DNA of 62,394 bases, filler included, from 4 parts of 4 records of this genome joined end to end with filler, not necessarily neighbours in it; one strand, 5' to 3'. Positions 41,977 to 52,512 are shown, counted from the first letter of the whole stretch. The notes: generated by a model not told the origin, from the sequence alone. Made by a program: numbers and translations.

Positions 41977-42005
41977 TTGCAAATTTTTGTATAGGGGAGT
42001 ATACT
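41977..42005 (+). promoter_or_regulatory. Sigma70/A-type promoter for yibE/F-nucleotidase
   Basis: TTGCAA-17bp-TATACT. Confidence 0.55.
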
Positions 42006-42098
42006 TAAAATTGAATGAAGATAGCAATGGAAAAGTGTTTAAGAAATATAAGAATGGATATAAAAGAAGTTTATTTAAGGAGATTTGTTAGGAGAAAA

Positions 42099-43236
42099 AT
42101 GAAATTTAGACATTTAGAGATAGTAGTTTTTCTGTTCTCGATACTAGTGATAGCAGGGTCAATTTTTTTAACAGCAAATTGAAACCGGTTTCATATTTTG
42201 AACAGAATTTTGTTAATGGTGAAGTAGTACAAATCCTAGAAGAGAAGATAAATAAAGATCCATACGTAGATGGAAGATATCTTGGTTTTCAAAAATTAAA
42301 AGTAAAATTTATGGAAGGGGAATTAAAAAATCAAGAATTAATTGTTGAGAATCCCATAAGTAAACAACATAATATTTTAGCTAAAAAAGGAATGAAAATA
42401 ATCTTTACAATACGGAAAAGTGGAAATAAGAAAATAATATGGCCATATAACTATAAACGGGAAAAGTATATCTATATTTTAGGAAGTTTATTTTTAGTTA
42501 TTATATGTGTTCTTGGAAAATTAAATGGAGTTAGATCGTTACTTGCACTTTTTTTTACAGCTTCAGTGGTAGTGGGGATCCTGATCCCGCTTATGTTTCA
42601 AGGCTTTGAACCAATACCAACTGGAATATTTTGCTCGGCTCTAATTATAATAGTTAGTTTTGTGCTGATAGCTGGTATAAATAAAAAAAGTTTAGCTGCC
42701 ATTCTGGGAACAATTAGCGGAATAATAATAGCAGGATTATTGTCATATATTTTTGGAAAAATGGCTTCTCTTTCAGGTGTTAATATGGAAAAGGGGGAGC
42801 AGATACTTTACCTTGCAAAAGATTACGGTATAAAAGTAAAAGGTTTAATGTTTATTTCAATTTTAATCTCTTCACTAGGTGCAGTAATGGATGTAGCTAT
42901 GTCGATTGCATCATCAAGTTATGAGATAAAACAAACAGATGAAACGTTATCCTCTAAAGAGCACTTTAGCTCTTTGATGAACATTGGTAGAGATATTATG
43001 GGAACGATGACAAATACTTTAATATTAGCCTTTTCTGGGAGCTCCTTAACTCTAATGATGATGATTTGGGGTTATAACATGCAATATAAGCAGTTTATTA
43101 ACATACCTTTAATAGGGATTGAGGCCATTCAAGGTCTAGCGGGAAGTATAGGGATAGTTTTAACTGTGCCTATAACAGCAGCGATATCTACAATTTTATT
43201 TAAAAAGAATAAAAGTGAAGAAACCAAAAAAATTAA
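42099..43236 (+). CDS. YibE/F-family membrane protein (start 42099; frameshifts at T7 42163-42169 and probably A7 43226-43232)
   Basis: ISSLGAVMDVAMSIASS, IGRDIMGTMTNTLILAF, GSIGIVLTVPITA; AGGAG RBS at 42090. The ORF track fuses it to the next gene. Confidence 0.8.
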
Positions 43237-43246
43237 GGAGGAAGGT

Positions 43247-45112
43247 ATGAAAAAAATTGAAAAAGTTCTGTTAACGTTAGCAGTTTTGTCTGCATTAGCT
43301 GGCTGTCAGTCTAATAAGGTAAAAACTACTGCGGAAACAGAAAAAGCAGCAGCTGTACAAGAAGTAACAGTAATTGCAGAAAAAAGAGAACATGAAGTTG
43401 TAACAAAAGGTGATGCAGAACTTGAGAAACAAATCATTACAATTGGAGCAACAGCCGACGTTCATGGAAGGATTTATCCATATGAATACGCAATTGATGC
43501 AAGTGATAAAGATGCAGGATATGCTAAAATTAATACAATAGTTAAAGAAGTAAGAGCGAAAAACCCCAACATGATTTTAATGGATGTAGGGGATACAGTG
43601 CAGGATAATAGTGCAGAATTATTTAATGATTTAGATACTCATCCTATGGTTGAAGCTATGAATGAGATGGATTTTGATGTTTGGACACTAGGAAATCATG
43701 AATTTAACTTTGAAAAAGATTTCATTGTTAGAAATATCAATAATTTTGATGGAGCTGTTTTAGCGTCAAATATTATTAATGAGGCTGACGATAAAACTTT
43801 TGTACAGGCCTATCAAATATTTAATGTAAATGGAGCAAGGGTTGCAGTAGTAGGAATAACTCCTCCACATGTACCTATGTGGGAAGCATCTGCACCAGCT
43901 CATTTTAAAGGCTTAGAGTTTGAAAAAGTTATTGCGGCTACAGGAGAAGCTTTAGCTGAAATTAAAGGGCAATACGATGTACTAGTTGGAGCATTTCATA
44001 TTGGAAGAAATGGTGAATATGGTGGTAATGGAATTTATGATTTAGCAAATGCTTATCCTGAATTTGATATTATTTTTGGGGGACACGAGCATGCCACTTA
44101 TGTTGAAGATGTAAATGGTGTTAAAATCATTGAACCAGGTAAATATGGAGCAAACCTAGCAAAAGCTGATATAACAGTTGAGAAAGTAAATGGAGTATGG
44201 GAAGTAGAATCAGTAATGGCTGAAAATATTGGAACAAAAACTCTTAAAGCGGATCAAGAAATTCTTGATAAATTTAAAGATGTGCATGAGTTTGCTTTAA
44301 AAGATGCTAACACTGTAATTGGTCGAGTAACAGCTGACTTTATCCCAGGAGTAGATTTTATGACTGGCTCTGATAAAGTTACAACTATGCCAACTGCTCA
44401 AATTGAAGATACAGCAGTAATTAACCTTATTAATAGAGTACAAAAAGAGTATGCAGGAGCTGAAATTTCATCAGCAGCATTATTTAATTTTGGATCTAAC
44501 CTTAAAAAAGGTGATTTTAAGAAAAAAGATGTGGCGTTTATCTATAAATACTCAAATACTTTAGTTGGTGTAAATATTACAGGTGCAAACTTACTGAAAT
44601 ATATGGAGTGGTCAGCGTCTTATTACAACACTTGGAAAGAGGGAGATGTAACAATTTCGTTTAATCCCAAAGTAAGAGGGTATAACTATGACATGTTCTA
44701 CGGTGTTGATTATGATGTTAATATCTCAAAAGAAGCTGGAAATAGGATCGAAAACGCTACATTTAATGGTAAAGCAATTGATCCTAACAGAACATATAAA
44801 TTAGCTGTAAACAACTACAGATTTGGAACATTAACTAAAAATGGTTGGGTAACAAGTGAAGATAAATACTTCGATTCATATTTAGAGATGGTTGATGGAA
44901 CAGTTAGAGCTCTAATCGTTGACTACACTAAGAAAAATGGTGGGATACTAGAACCAAAAGTTGAAAATAACTGGAAAATAACAGGTGTAACTTCAGACTA
45001 TCCTGGCGCAGAAGAGATTTATGAAAAAGTAAGAAACGGTGAAATTGTAATTCCTAAATCAGCAGATGGAAGAACTTTGAACGTTAAATCACTTAATGTA
45101 TATGAAATGTAA
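43247..45112 (+). CDS. Lipoprotein 5'-nucleotidase / 2',3'-cyclic-nucleotide phosphodiesterase (calcineurin-like)
   Basis: Own RBS AAGGAGG and signal peptide ending in lipobox LAGC; TADVHG, DVGDTVQ, GNHEFNF, GGHEH, C-terminal substrate domain. Confidence 0.88.
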   Translation: MKKIEKVLLTLAVLSALAGCQSNKVKTTAETEKAAAVQEVTVIAEKREHEVVTKGDAELEKQIITIGATADVHGRIYPYEYAIDASDKDAGYAKINTIVKEVRAKNPNMILMDVGDTVQDNSAELFNDLDTHPMVEAMNEMDFDVWTLGNHEFNFEKDFIVRNINNFDGAVLASNIINEADDKTFVQAYQIFNVNGARVAVVGITPPHVPMWEASAPAHFKGLEFEKVIAATGEALAEIKGQYDVLVGAFHIGRNGEYGGNGIYDLANAYPEFDIIFGGHEHATYVEDVNGVKIIEPGKYGANLAKADITVEKVNGVWEVESVMAENIGTKTLKADQEILDKFKDVHEFALKDANTVIGRVTADFIPGVDFMTGSDKVTTMPTAQIEDTAVINLINRVQKEYAGAEISSAALFNFGSNLKKGDFKKKDVAFIYKYSNTLVGVNITGANLLKYMEWSASYYNTWKEGDVTISFNPKVRGYNYDMFYGVDYDVNISKEAGNRIENATFNGKAIDPNRTYKLAVNNYRFGTLTKNGWVTSEDKYFDSYLEMVDGTVRALIVDYTKKNGGILEPKVENNWKITGVTSDYPGAEEIYEKVRNGEIVIPKSADGRTLNVKSLNVYEM

Positions 45113-45125
45113 TCAGATGTTTTAT

Positions 45126-45156
45126 GATAAAGAGGTGTCTCATACACCTCTTTATC
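45126..45156. terminator. Stem-loop terminator
   Basis: Perfect 13-bp stem GATAAAGAGGTGT-ctcat-ACACCTCTTTATC. Confidence 0.75.
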
Positions 45157-45255
45157 TACTTGAAAAAAATTATAAGAATTTAATGAATAAATTTAAATTT
45201 TGCATTAAAAATGTAGTATTAGTTACATAAAATTAAAAAATAGGAGGATATATTT

Positions 45256-46920
45256 ATGTTAAAAAGAGTTAACAAGTTAGTTTTTCTATTTATTCTAATG
45301 TCAGTGGTAAGTTTCGCTAAAATGGTAAAGATTGATATTGTTACATTTAACGATTTTCATGGAAATGTAACTGAGAAGCGAAAAGAACTAGGAATGGCTA
45401 AGCTAGTTGGCTACGTAAATGAAGTAAGAGCTGAGAATCCAAATACATTAGTTGTGTCTGCTGGTGATAACTACCAAGGAACAGCAATGTCAAATTTAAC
45501 ATACGGAGCACCTGTTACTGATATGTTTAAAGCTATGGGCTTAACAGCCTCAGCAGTGGGAAATCATGAGTTTGACTGGGGAGCAGATAAAATAGCGACT
45601 TGGGCAAAAGATGGAGGATTTGATTTTTTAGCTTCAAATATATATGATAAAAACACAGGTAAACCTGTAGATTGGGCAAAACCATATAAAATAATAAATA
45701 TAGATGGAGTTAAAATTGCATTTATTGGTCTTGCAACTGAAGCAACTGCCTATACGACTAAACTTGAATTTACTAAAAATTTAGAATTTAAAAGATCTGA
45801 AGAAGCAGCAAAGATATGGGTAGACTACCTACTAGATGGTAAAGCTGCTGAAGGAACACCAGATGTAATTATAGCACTAACTCATATACCTGGTTTTCAA
45901 GACAGAGAAACAAAAGTAATCTCTGGAGATGAATTAGAAAGAGTAAGTAAAGTAGAAGGTATTGATGCAATTATTGGAGGGCATAGCCATCAAACAATAG
46001 CAGGAGAATTAAATGGAGTAACAGTAATTCAAGCTTATAAAAGTGGTAGAGCATTAGGAAGACTTAGTTTGGTAGTTGACCCTAATGGTGGAAAACAAAT
46101 ATCAGCTTCTGTAGATATGGCTTATAAAACTAAGGATAATATTCCTGAAGATAAAGCAACAAAAGAACTTTACATGGCTAATGAGAAGAAATTAAAGCCT
46201 ATCTTAGGCAAAGTAATAGGTAAGCTAGATGAGCAAATGACCCACGATAGAGATGATAAAAATCTATCTAAACTAGGATATTGGTCATCAGATGTAATGA
46301 GAAAAGCAACTGGTGTGCAAGTAGGCCTTACGAATGGTGGAGGGCTTAGAAGATCATTAGAAGCTGGAAATATAACAATGGGAGATATGTACGAAATTAT
46401 GCCATTTGATAACCAACTAGTTACTATGAAAGTAACAGGAGCCCACTTAAAGGCCTTAGTTGATCACGGAATAGATGCAGATTTCATGACAGATGGTCAG
46501 TTTGCAGGACTTTACGTAGCCTATGATCCAACAGAGGCTTATGAGAATAGAGTAGCTAAGATTTACTTAGAAGATGGAACTCCAGTGGAGGATAGTGCTT
46601 ATTACACTCTTGTTACAAATGATTTCGTCTTAAGTGGTGGAGATAAATATGACTTTAAAGCAGCTCAAGAAGTTGTCGATACATATGTTCAAATAAGAGA
46701 TGTATTGGTAAAAGCTGTAGAAGAAGTTGATACAGTTCAAGTTCCTGATGTTAGCGGATTTATGTTAAAAGTTAAAAAATATCAAATTCAAAGCGGTGAT
46801 ATATTAGGAAGAATAGCATTACAATATGATATTTCAGTTGCGGAACTTGCAGAATTTAATGAAATATCTAATCCAGACTTAATTTATGCTGATGCATATC
46901 TATATGTACCTGCTCAATAG
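45256..46920 (+). CDS. Secreted 5'-nucleotidase with C-terminal LysM domain
   Basis: Signal peptide; FNDFHG, SAGD, GNHEFDWG, GGHSH, NGGGLR, MPFDN, GGDKY; LysM YQIQSGDILGRIA...N.I.NPDLIY. Confidence 0.9.
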   Translation: MLKRVNKLVFLFILMSVVSFAKMVKIDIVTFNDFHGNVTEKRKELGMAKLVGYVNEVRAENPNTLVVSAGDNYQGTAMSNLTYGAPVTDMFKAMGLTASAVGNHEFDWGADKIATWAKDGGFDFLASNIYDKNTGKPVDWAKPYKIINIDGVKIAFIGLATEATAYTTKLEFTKNLEFKRSEEAAKIWVDYLLDGKAAEGTPDVIIALTHIPGFQDRETKVISGDELERVSKVEGIDAIIGGHSHQTIAGELNGVTVIQAYKSGRALGRLSLVVDPNGGKQISASVDMAYKTKDNIPEDKATKELYMANEKKLKPILGKVIGKLDEQMTHDRDDKNLSKLGYWSSDVMRKATGVQVGLTNGGGLRRSLEAGNITMGDMYEIMPFDNQLVTMKVTGAHLKALVDHGIDADFMTDGQFAGLYVAYDPTEAYENRVAKIYLEDGTPVEDSAYYTLVTNDFVLSGGDKYDFKAAQEVVDTYVQIRDVLVKAVEEVDTVQVPDVSGFMLKVKKYQIQSGDILGRIALQYDISVAELAEFNEISNPDLIYADAYLYVPAQ

Positions 46921-46972
46921 TTTCAAGAAATAATATTGAATATAATTTTTAAGATTATATAAAGTTTTTATT

Positions 46973-47004
46973 TAGCCACAGAGAAAATGTGTTTTCTGTG
47001 GCTA
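46973..47004. terminator. Stem-loop terminator
   Basis: TAGCCACAGA...TCTGTGGCTA stem. Confidence 0.7.
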
Positions 47005-47149
47005 TTATATATATATGGGAAATTCTTTAATAAATATTTATATTTTTTTAATAGAATCTTGTAAAAAAACATAAATATTTATTTAAAAATAGAGGGGTGC
47101 GTTAATAATTGATTTTATTAAATTTGCGAGTTTCATTCTCTCTTAAGTC

Positions 47150-47199
47150 AAGAAAAAATGAAAAAAACTGTTGACGACTTTTTATAAATATGGTATTAT
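47150..47199 (+). promoter_or_regulatory. Strong sigma70/A promoter with UP element, rRNA-operon-like
   Basis: A-tracts, TTGACG (47171)-17bp-TATTAT (47194), extended TG; 20 bp before the contig end. Confidence 0.65.
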
Positions 47200-47219
47200 T
47201 ATTCTCGCCTTGAGAGAAA

Positions 47220-47319
47220 NNNNNNNNNNNNNNNNNNNNNNNNNNNNNNNNNNNNNNNNNNNNTTAATTAATTAANNNNNNNNNNNNNNNNNNNNNNNNN
47301 NNNNNNNNNNNNNNNNNNN
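47220..47319. other. Artificial contig-joining linker
   Basis: Same N44-TTAATTAATTAA-N44 structure. Confidence 0.97.
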
Positions 47320-47320
47320 A

Positions 47321-48048
47321 AATAAGCCATGTCCTAATCCTCGTGTTATTATGCCAAGAGAATTTGTTCCTGGTACAAATGATAACCCAGAGGAAATAGA
47401 CATAAGATCATTTGGCGTAAGAACACCGCCTTGTACAAAAGATAATCCTTCTTACGGTATTATTGGATGCCTACATATTTTGCCTGCAGCACTTGCATGG
47501 ATATGGAGACTTGTGGCGCCAAGAGGTCATGATAACCCAAGTATTACCGCATCAGAAGGTATGAGCAGCGAAGGTGTAGGATCATATTGGCCTTTTGCAA
47601 CAGGAAAGATGGTTGACCAAGCGAACCTATTGTTAGAACAGATTTTGAACACACCAGAAACAAAATATGTTTTAATACCAAATCAGCATATTGGTGCTTA
47701 CGAAGTTGGTTTTAATCCTCAGTGGATTGTCAGAGAATACTTACAAGAAAAGGTGGGACATCATTTAGAGACGATCAAGTTGAAGAATCAAGATGTGCTT
47801 TACTTGGATATACATTAAACAGATTACGTGTTGATGGACATAAAATTCCAAAGGGTCTTCTTCAAACAAACTACCAAAACGGTGTAGGTGACGAAACTTA
47901 TGATATCGGTGCTGGAATTTTAACTGATTTCTTTGTTGAAGAACTTGCTAAATATGATACAGAAGACTTGCATCCTGTTGGTAGAGAAATTCTAAACTGC
48001 TTTAAAAATGGTGGATCGGTTAAGGATTACGAACAAATTATAAAGTAA
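47321..48048 (+). CDS. DUF4914-family protein, 5'-truncated (frameshift near 47743)
   Basis: [49 protein letters not shown]. One missing base joins REYL to xRKGG. Confidence 0.72.
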
Positions 48049-48101
48049 CTTCTATAAAAATATATAAAATAAACTAAAAAATATAAGAATTAAATATATA
48101 A

Positions 48102-48134
48102 AGGCGATGACTATAAAAAACAAAGTCATCGCCT
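48102..48134. terminator. Intrinsic terminator
   Basis: AGGCGATGACT...AGTCATCGCCT stem. Confidence 0.75.
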
Positions 48135-48319
48135 GTTTAATTTAGATAGTTGTGTTGAGTAAATGTAGAGTATAAAGGACTGCTTTTATTAGAATTCGCA
48201 GAAAAAAAGAGATCTAAAGGGACACTCCAAATCTCTTTGAATGGATGTAAGTTAATACTTGCTAAATATGCATGACTAGAATTTTTAAAGCTGCTTACAA
48301 AATGTTTAAAAGTCTTAAA

Positions 48320-48916
48320 CTATTCAGTAATATCGCTTTGGTTTTTCCAAGCTTCAAATTTTTCAACAGTTAAATCGTATGTTTGCTGAGATATCTCAGG
48401 CAATTCTCCGCCCCATACTTGTTCAGCTTTTTCAAACCCTTTTTTCACTGCATCTAAAAGGAGGTCTGCTTTTGATGAATCGCCACCAGATAGATTTTTT
48501 GCAAACTGAACTAAGGATTCGGATAGATTTTCTGCACTATACTTTCCGCCCGGTTCTAGAAATACAGGATTAATCTCGCCATTGATGCCGTATTTTTCCC
48601 ATAGATTTTTTTCAAGCTCTTTGACATCAATTACTTTTCCGCCTGAACCATCAGTAAGTCCTTGAATATAAGCTTTTACACCGGTTAACTGCTTTCCAAT
48701 TTGTTTGTTAGCAAATTGCGTGTAGTTTTCCCAAAGCTGTTCAGCAGTCATGTTTTTAGGATTAGCATAAGTAACAAGCCTCTCGTCTTTTTCGGACCTA
48801 TTAGTAGATAAATCTACAATATCTTCAGACTGAGACTTAGTTTCTTGCGCTGCTTGATGATGGTTGATGTAATCTTCTATGTTGGTTACGTTTGCGCCTA
48901 CTTTTGTAATATCCAT
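48320..48916 (-). CDS. Conserved hypothetical protein (C-terminal FAK.LSGGD.SKA...AVKKGF..AE..WGGELPEIS..TYD domain)
   Basis: ATG 48916 follows a GGAG RBS (MDITKV...). The C-terminal motif resembles a conserved family of unknown function. Confidence 0.75.
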   Translation of the reverse strand: MDITKVGANVTNIEDYINHHQAAQETKSQSEDIVDLSTNRSEKDERLVTYANPKNMTAEQLWENYTQFANKQIGKQLTGVKAYIQGLTDGSGGKVIDVKELEKNLWEKYGINGEINPVFLEPGGKYSAENLSESLVQFAKNLSGGDSSKADLLLDAVKKGFEKAEQVWGGELPEISQQTYDLTVEKFEAWKNQSDITE

Positions 48917-48996
48917 TTTTATACTCCATTCCATATCTTCAAGAATGGCTGTGAAAAAACTAGAAACTTCATGAGGTAATATCATTTATTCGCAGT

Positions 48997-49050
48997 TACA
49001 TCCTTGTATTAAAATGATATAATTGATTTTGATGTACGTCCGTGTACATC
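48997..49050 (-). promoter_or_regulatory. Two CsrA-type GGA hairpins in the 5' UTR
   Basis: - strand GATGTAC-ACGGAC-GTACATC (49031-49050) and TACA-AGGA-TGTA (48997-49008) match the RUACARGGAUGU consensus. Confidence 0.65.
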
Positions 49051-49060
49051 TTTATTATAT

Positions 49061-49088
49061 ATATCGGTATAACTTCCGACTTTATTTA
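49061..49088 (-). promoter_or_regulatory. Sigma28 (SigD/FliA)-type promoter
   Basis: - strand TAAA-16bp-ACCGATAT versus consensus TAAA-N15/16-GCCGATAT. Confidence 0.65.
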
Positions 49089-49192
49089 ATAATTTTACAT
49101 GATTTTTTGAAAAAGACAACTTTTTATGTGTAAAACTGCAAATTTACTCTTAAGTAAAGGGATATAATGAAAATTAAAAGGAAATTGATACT

Positions 49193-49570
49193 ATGAACTT
49201 AAAAGCAAAGGCAAAAGATATAAAACAGAATATAGTAATATTAATTGTTGCACTTAGTAAAAAACAAACACCTTGGTATGCAAAAATGTGTGTTGCTATT
49301 ACAATTGCATATGCATTATCGCCAATAGATCTAATTCCAGATTTTATTCCGGTGCTTGGATATTTAGATGATATAATCATTCTGCCGTTATTGATTTTAT
49401 TATCAATAAAGTTGATACCTAAAAATGTTATAGAAAATTGCCAAAAAGAAAGTGATTCTGTAAACACTAACGTAGCAAAAAAGTGGTATTTTGCTATACC
49501 CATAGTATTGATTTGGGTCGGAATATTGATTGCAATAATATTCGCAGTAAAAAATAAGTTTTTTGTATAG
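49193..49570 (+). CDS. DUF1232/YkvA-family membrane protein
   Basis: TPWYAK, YALSPIDLIPDFIPVLGYLDD. Confidence 0.92.
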   Translation: MNLKAKAKDIKQNIVILIVALSKKQTPWYAKMCVAITIAYALSPIDLIPDFIPVLGYLDDIIILPLLILLSIKLIPKNVIENCQKESDSVNTNVAKKWYFAIPIVLIWVGILIAIIFAVKNKFFV

Positions 49571-49746
49571 AGATATTATTGTACTGGAGATTAATTTTTC
49601 TAAGTTAAATATTTAGTGATAATTTAGTATGGACATGGTTATTTGTCAAAAGTGCTTTTAAAAACACTAGGGAATTTGATAAATATTTAAATAGTATTTA
49701 ATGTTTGGGTGCTACCTTTAATATTGTTTTACAACATTACATTACC

Positions 49747-49775
49747 TTGACTTAATATATTCTAATTGATAGAAT
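49747..49775 (+). promoter_or_regulatory. Sigma70/A promoter of the YqiJ-flotillin-ATPase operon
   Basis: TTGACT-17bp-TAGAAT with extended TG. Confidence 0.6.
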
Positions 49776-49864
49776 AAGCATATTATGTATGTTTTAGTAG
49801 AAATTTGTCTAATTAATAGCAGGATAAAAACGAGTAATATTTTAGAAATATATTAGGAGTATAT

Positions 49865-50473
49865 ATGGTTGAAGTTTTTAAGTATGCTGTAACTGGTGTA
49901 AATATTTTACCAACATCACTTTTGGGTCTTATGATTTTGTACTGGGTGATTGTAATTGTTGGGGTTTTTGACTTTGATTTTTTGGATTTTGATTTTGAAG
50001 TTGATGTGGATGGTGCTGAAAGCTTAGGATCAGCGTACTCTATATTAGCTTTTTTTAAAGTTACTGGTGTACCGTTTATGGCAGTTTTGTCAGTTTTAAT
50101 CCTTAATATATGGATTATTGCTATGTTCATGTATTATCTGCCAATACAAGCTGGTGGCATTATCAGTGCAATATTGCTTATTCCTAATTTTTTAATCAGT
50201 ATGTTTATTACAAAATATGAATTAAAGCCGTTGGCTAACTTGATTCAGGGAAGCGATACAAAAAATAAACGTAATATTCCTATTATTCATCAATGGTGTA
50301 CACTTATATGTGATGTCAGCGGTGAAAGATTGGGACAGGCAACAATTAATACTAATGGTGCAGAGATAATTATCAATGTAAAAGCAGATAATAACAAAGA
50401 GTTTGTAAAAGGTGAAAGAGCAATAGTTTTTGAAAAAGATGCAGAAAAAAATTTTTATTACATAATTAAATAA
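49865..50473 (+). CDS. YqiJ/NfeD-like membrane protein with C-terminal OB-fold
   Basis: TM helices, acidic DFDFLDFDFEVDVD linker, GVPF motif, GQA...GAEIIINV OB-like tail; directly upstream of the flotillin gene. Confidence 0.75.
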   Translation: MVEVFKYAVTGVNILPTSLLGLMILYWVIVIVGVFDFDFLDFDFEVDVDGAESLGSAYSILAFFKVTGVPFMAVLSVLILNIWIIAMFMYYLPIQAGGIISAILLIPNFLISMFITKYELKPLANLIQGSDTKNKRNIPIIHQWCTLICDVSGERLGQATINTNGAEIIINVKADNNKEFVKGERAIVFEKDAEKNFYYIIK

Positions 50474-50483
50474 AGGAGTAAAT

Positions 50484-52486
50484 ATGAATTATACGGGGAA
50501 TGTAATGTTGGTTAGTGTTGGTACAGTAGTATTAGTGATTATAGGGTTGCTTGCGCTTTTCGCTAGATTTTATCGCAAAGTGGAGCAGAGTAAAGTTTTA
50601 GTTAGAAACGGGGTAGGAGGACCGACCGTATCATTTGGTGGTATAATTGTTATTCCTATAATACATAGATATGAAGTGATGGATATTTCGGTAAAAAGAG
50701 TCGAAATTGCTCGTGAGGGTAAAGATGGACTTATCTGTAAAGATAACTTAAGAGCAGATATCAGAGTTGCATTCTTTGTGCGAGTTAACCAAACGACAGA
50801 AGATGTTTTGAAAGTAGCTCAGTTGCTCGGATGTCAAAAGGCATCAGACCGTACTACATTGATGGAGTTCTTTGATGCAAAGTTTTCTGAAGCATTAAAA
50901 ACTGTAGGTAAGAAATTTGATTTTGTACAGCTTTATACTGAAAGAGAAACATTTAAGAATGAGATTCTTCAAATTATAGGAACTGACTTAAATGGTTATG
51001 TTATGGATGATGCAGCTATCGATTATCTGGAACAAACGGATGTTAAGCTTTTGAACAATAATAATATTTTGGATTCAGAAGGTATTAAAAAGATAACAGA
51101 GCTAACTGCACAGCAACGTATTTTAGCTAACCAAATTGAAAGAGATGAGCAAAAAACAATTAAAAAGCAAGATGTTTCTGCGAGAGAAGCTATTTTGGAG
51201 CTTGAAAAACAAAATGCAGAAGCAGAAGCAAAGCAAATGCGCGAAATAGCGATTATTAATTCTAAAGAAACAGCAGAAGCTGAAAAGGTTGCTCAAGAAG
51301 AACTATTTAAATCTGAAATTGCACGCGTAAAGACCGAAGAAGAGATTGCCGTTGCTGAGCAAAACAAAGAAAGACAAGTTATTATTGCTCAAAAAGCAAA
51401 AGAGAGTACAGATGCTATTGAAACAGAACGTGTAGATAAAAAAGACTGCTTGAAAAAACCGAAAAAGAAAGACTAGTTGAGCTAGCCGTTATAGATAAAG
51501 AGAAAAACCTTGAAGTTGAAAGGAAAAACATACAAGCGGTAATCAGAGAACGTGTTGCAGTAGAAAAAGAAACAGTAGTTGAAGAAGAAAAAATTAAAGA
51601 CACGCGTAAATTTGCAGAAGCAGAGCGTGAAAAATATGTTGCACTTAAAAAAGCAGAAGAAACTGCTGAACAAGATTTGATTATAAAAGTTAAAACTGCT
51701 GAAGCTACAAAACAAGAAGCAGAGAAGCTGGCTGAGAAAACAATTATTGATGCAGATGCACACCTAAAAGCTTCTCAAAAAGAAGCGGAATCAATTAAAA
51801 CAATCGCTGATGCAAAAATTGCGGACGAATCTTCAAGTGGTATTGCCGAAGCTCAGATTATAGAAGCAAAGGCTTTGGCACAAGCTAAAGGTGATACAGC
51901 AAAAGTTGAAGTTCTGGAAAAAGAAGGAACCGTTGAAGCTGATATCCTTAGTAAAAAATATAAGGCAGAAGCGGAAGGTATTAAGCAAAAAGCAAGTAGC
52001 ATGAAGATTCTTGATGAGTCTGGCAGAGGTCACGAAGAATTTAAACTTGAACTTGCTAAAGAAAAAGAAATTGAACTTGCTAATATTAACATTCAAAAAG
52101 ATATTGCTGAGGCTCAAGCTACAGTTATCAATGAAGCGCTTAAAACGGCAAAAATTGATATTGTTGGTGGCGAAACAATGTTCTTTGATAAGATTATAGG
52201 TTCGATTGCAAATGGTAAATCGTATGATCGTCTTGTAAGCAATAGCGAAGTATTAACTGACGTTAAAGATACATTTATAACGGGCGACCCAGTGGATTTT
52301 GAAGAAAAGTTAAAAGAGTTGATAGGCAGATTTAATTTATCTTCTGAGGATTTAAAGAACCTTTCAATTGCTGGAGCAATAGGCAAAATGATGAGCAGTG
52401 CTGATAAAGATGACAAAGTAAAACTTGGAAAATTATTAGAGAAAGTTAATAAAGCAGGCGTTGCGGATTTACCAGCAAACATTTAA
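50484..52486 (+). CDS. Flotillin/SPFH (YqiK-like) protein, ~667 aa (frameshift at A6 51438-51443)
   Basis: N-terminal TM, GLICKDNLRADIRVAFFVRVN, IDYLEQT, long AEA/EK coiled coil, IDIVGGE tail. One extra A gives a continuous frame. Confidence 0.88.
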
Positions 52487-52512
52487 AAAATATTTAAGCG
52501 AGGAAGTGTGCT

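Noticed and set aside
42179-45112. Novel 977-aa YibE/F-nucleotidase fusion protein
   Set aside because: An internal RBS, start codon and lipoprotein signal, plus a stop restorable by one A, argue for two genes. Kept only as a caveated finding.
49970-50010. Short TTTGA(T/C) tandem-like repeats
   Set aside because: They encode the DFDFLDFDFEVDVD low-complexity linker typical of YqiJ-like proteins; not a CRISPR array or DNA-level repeat.
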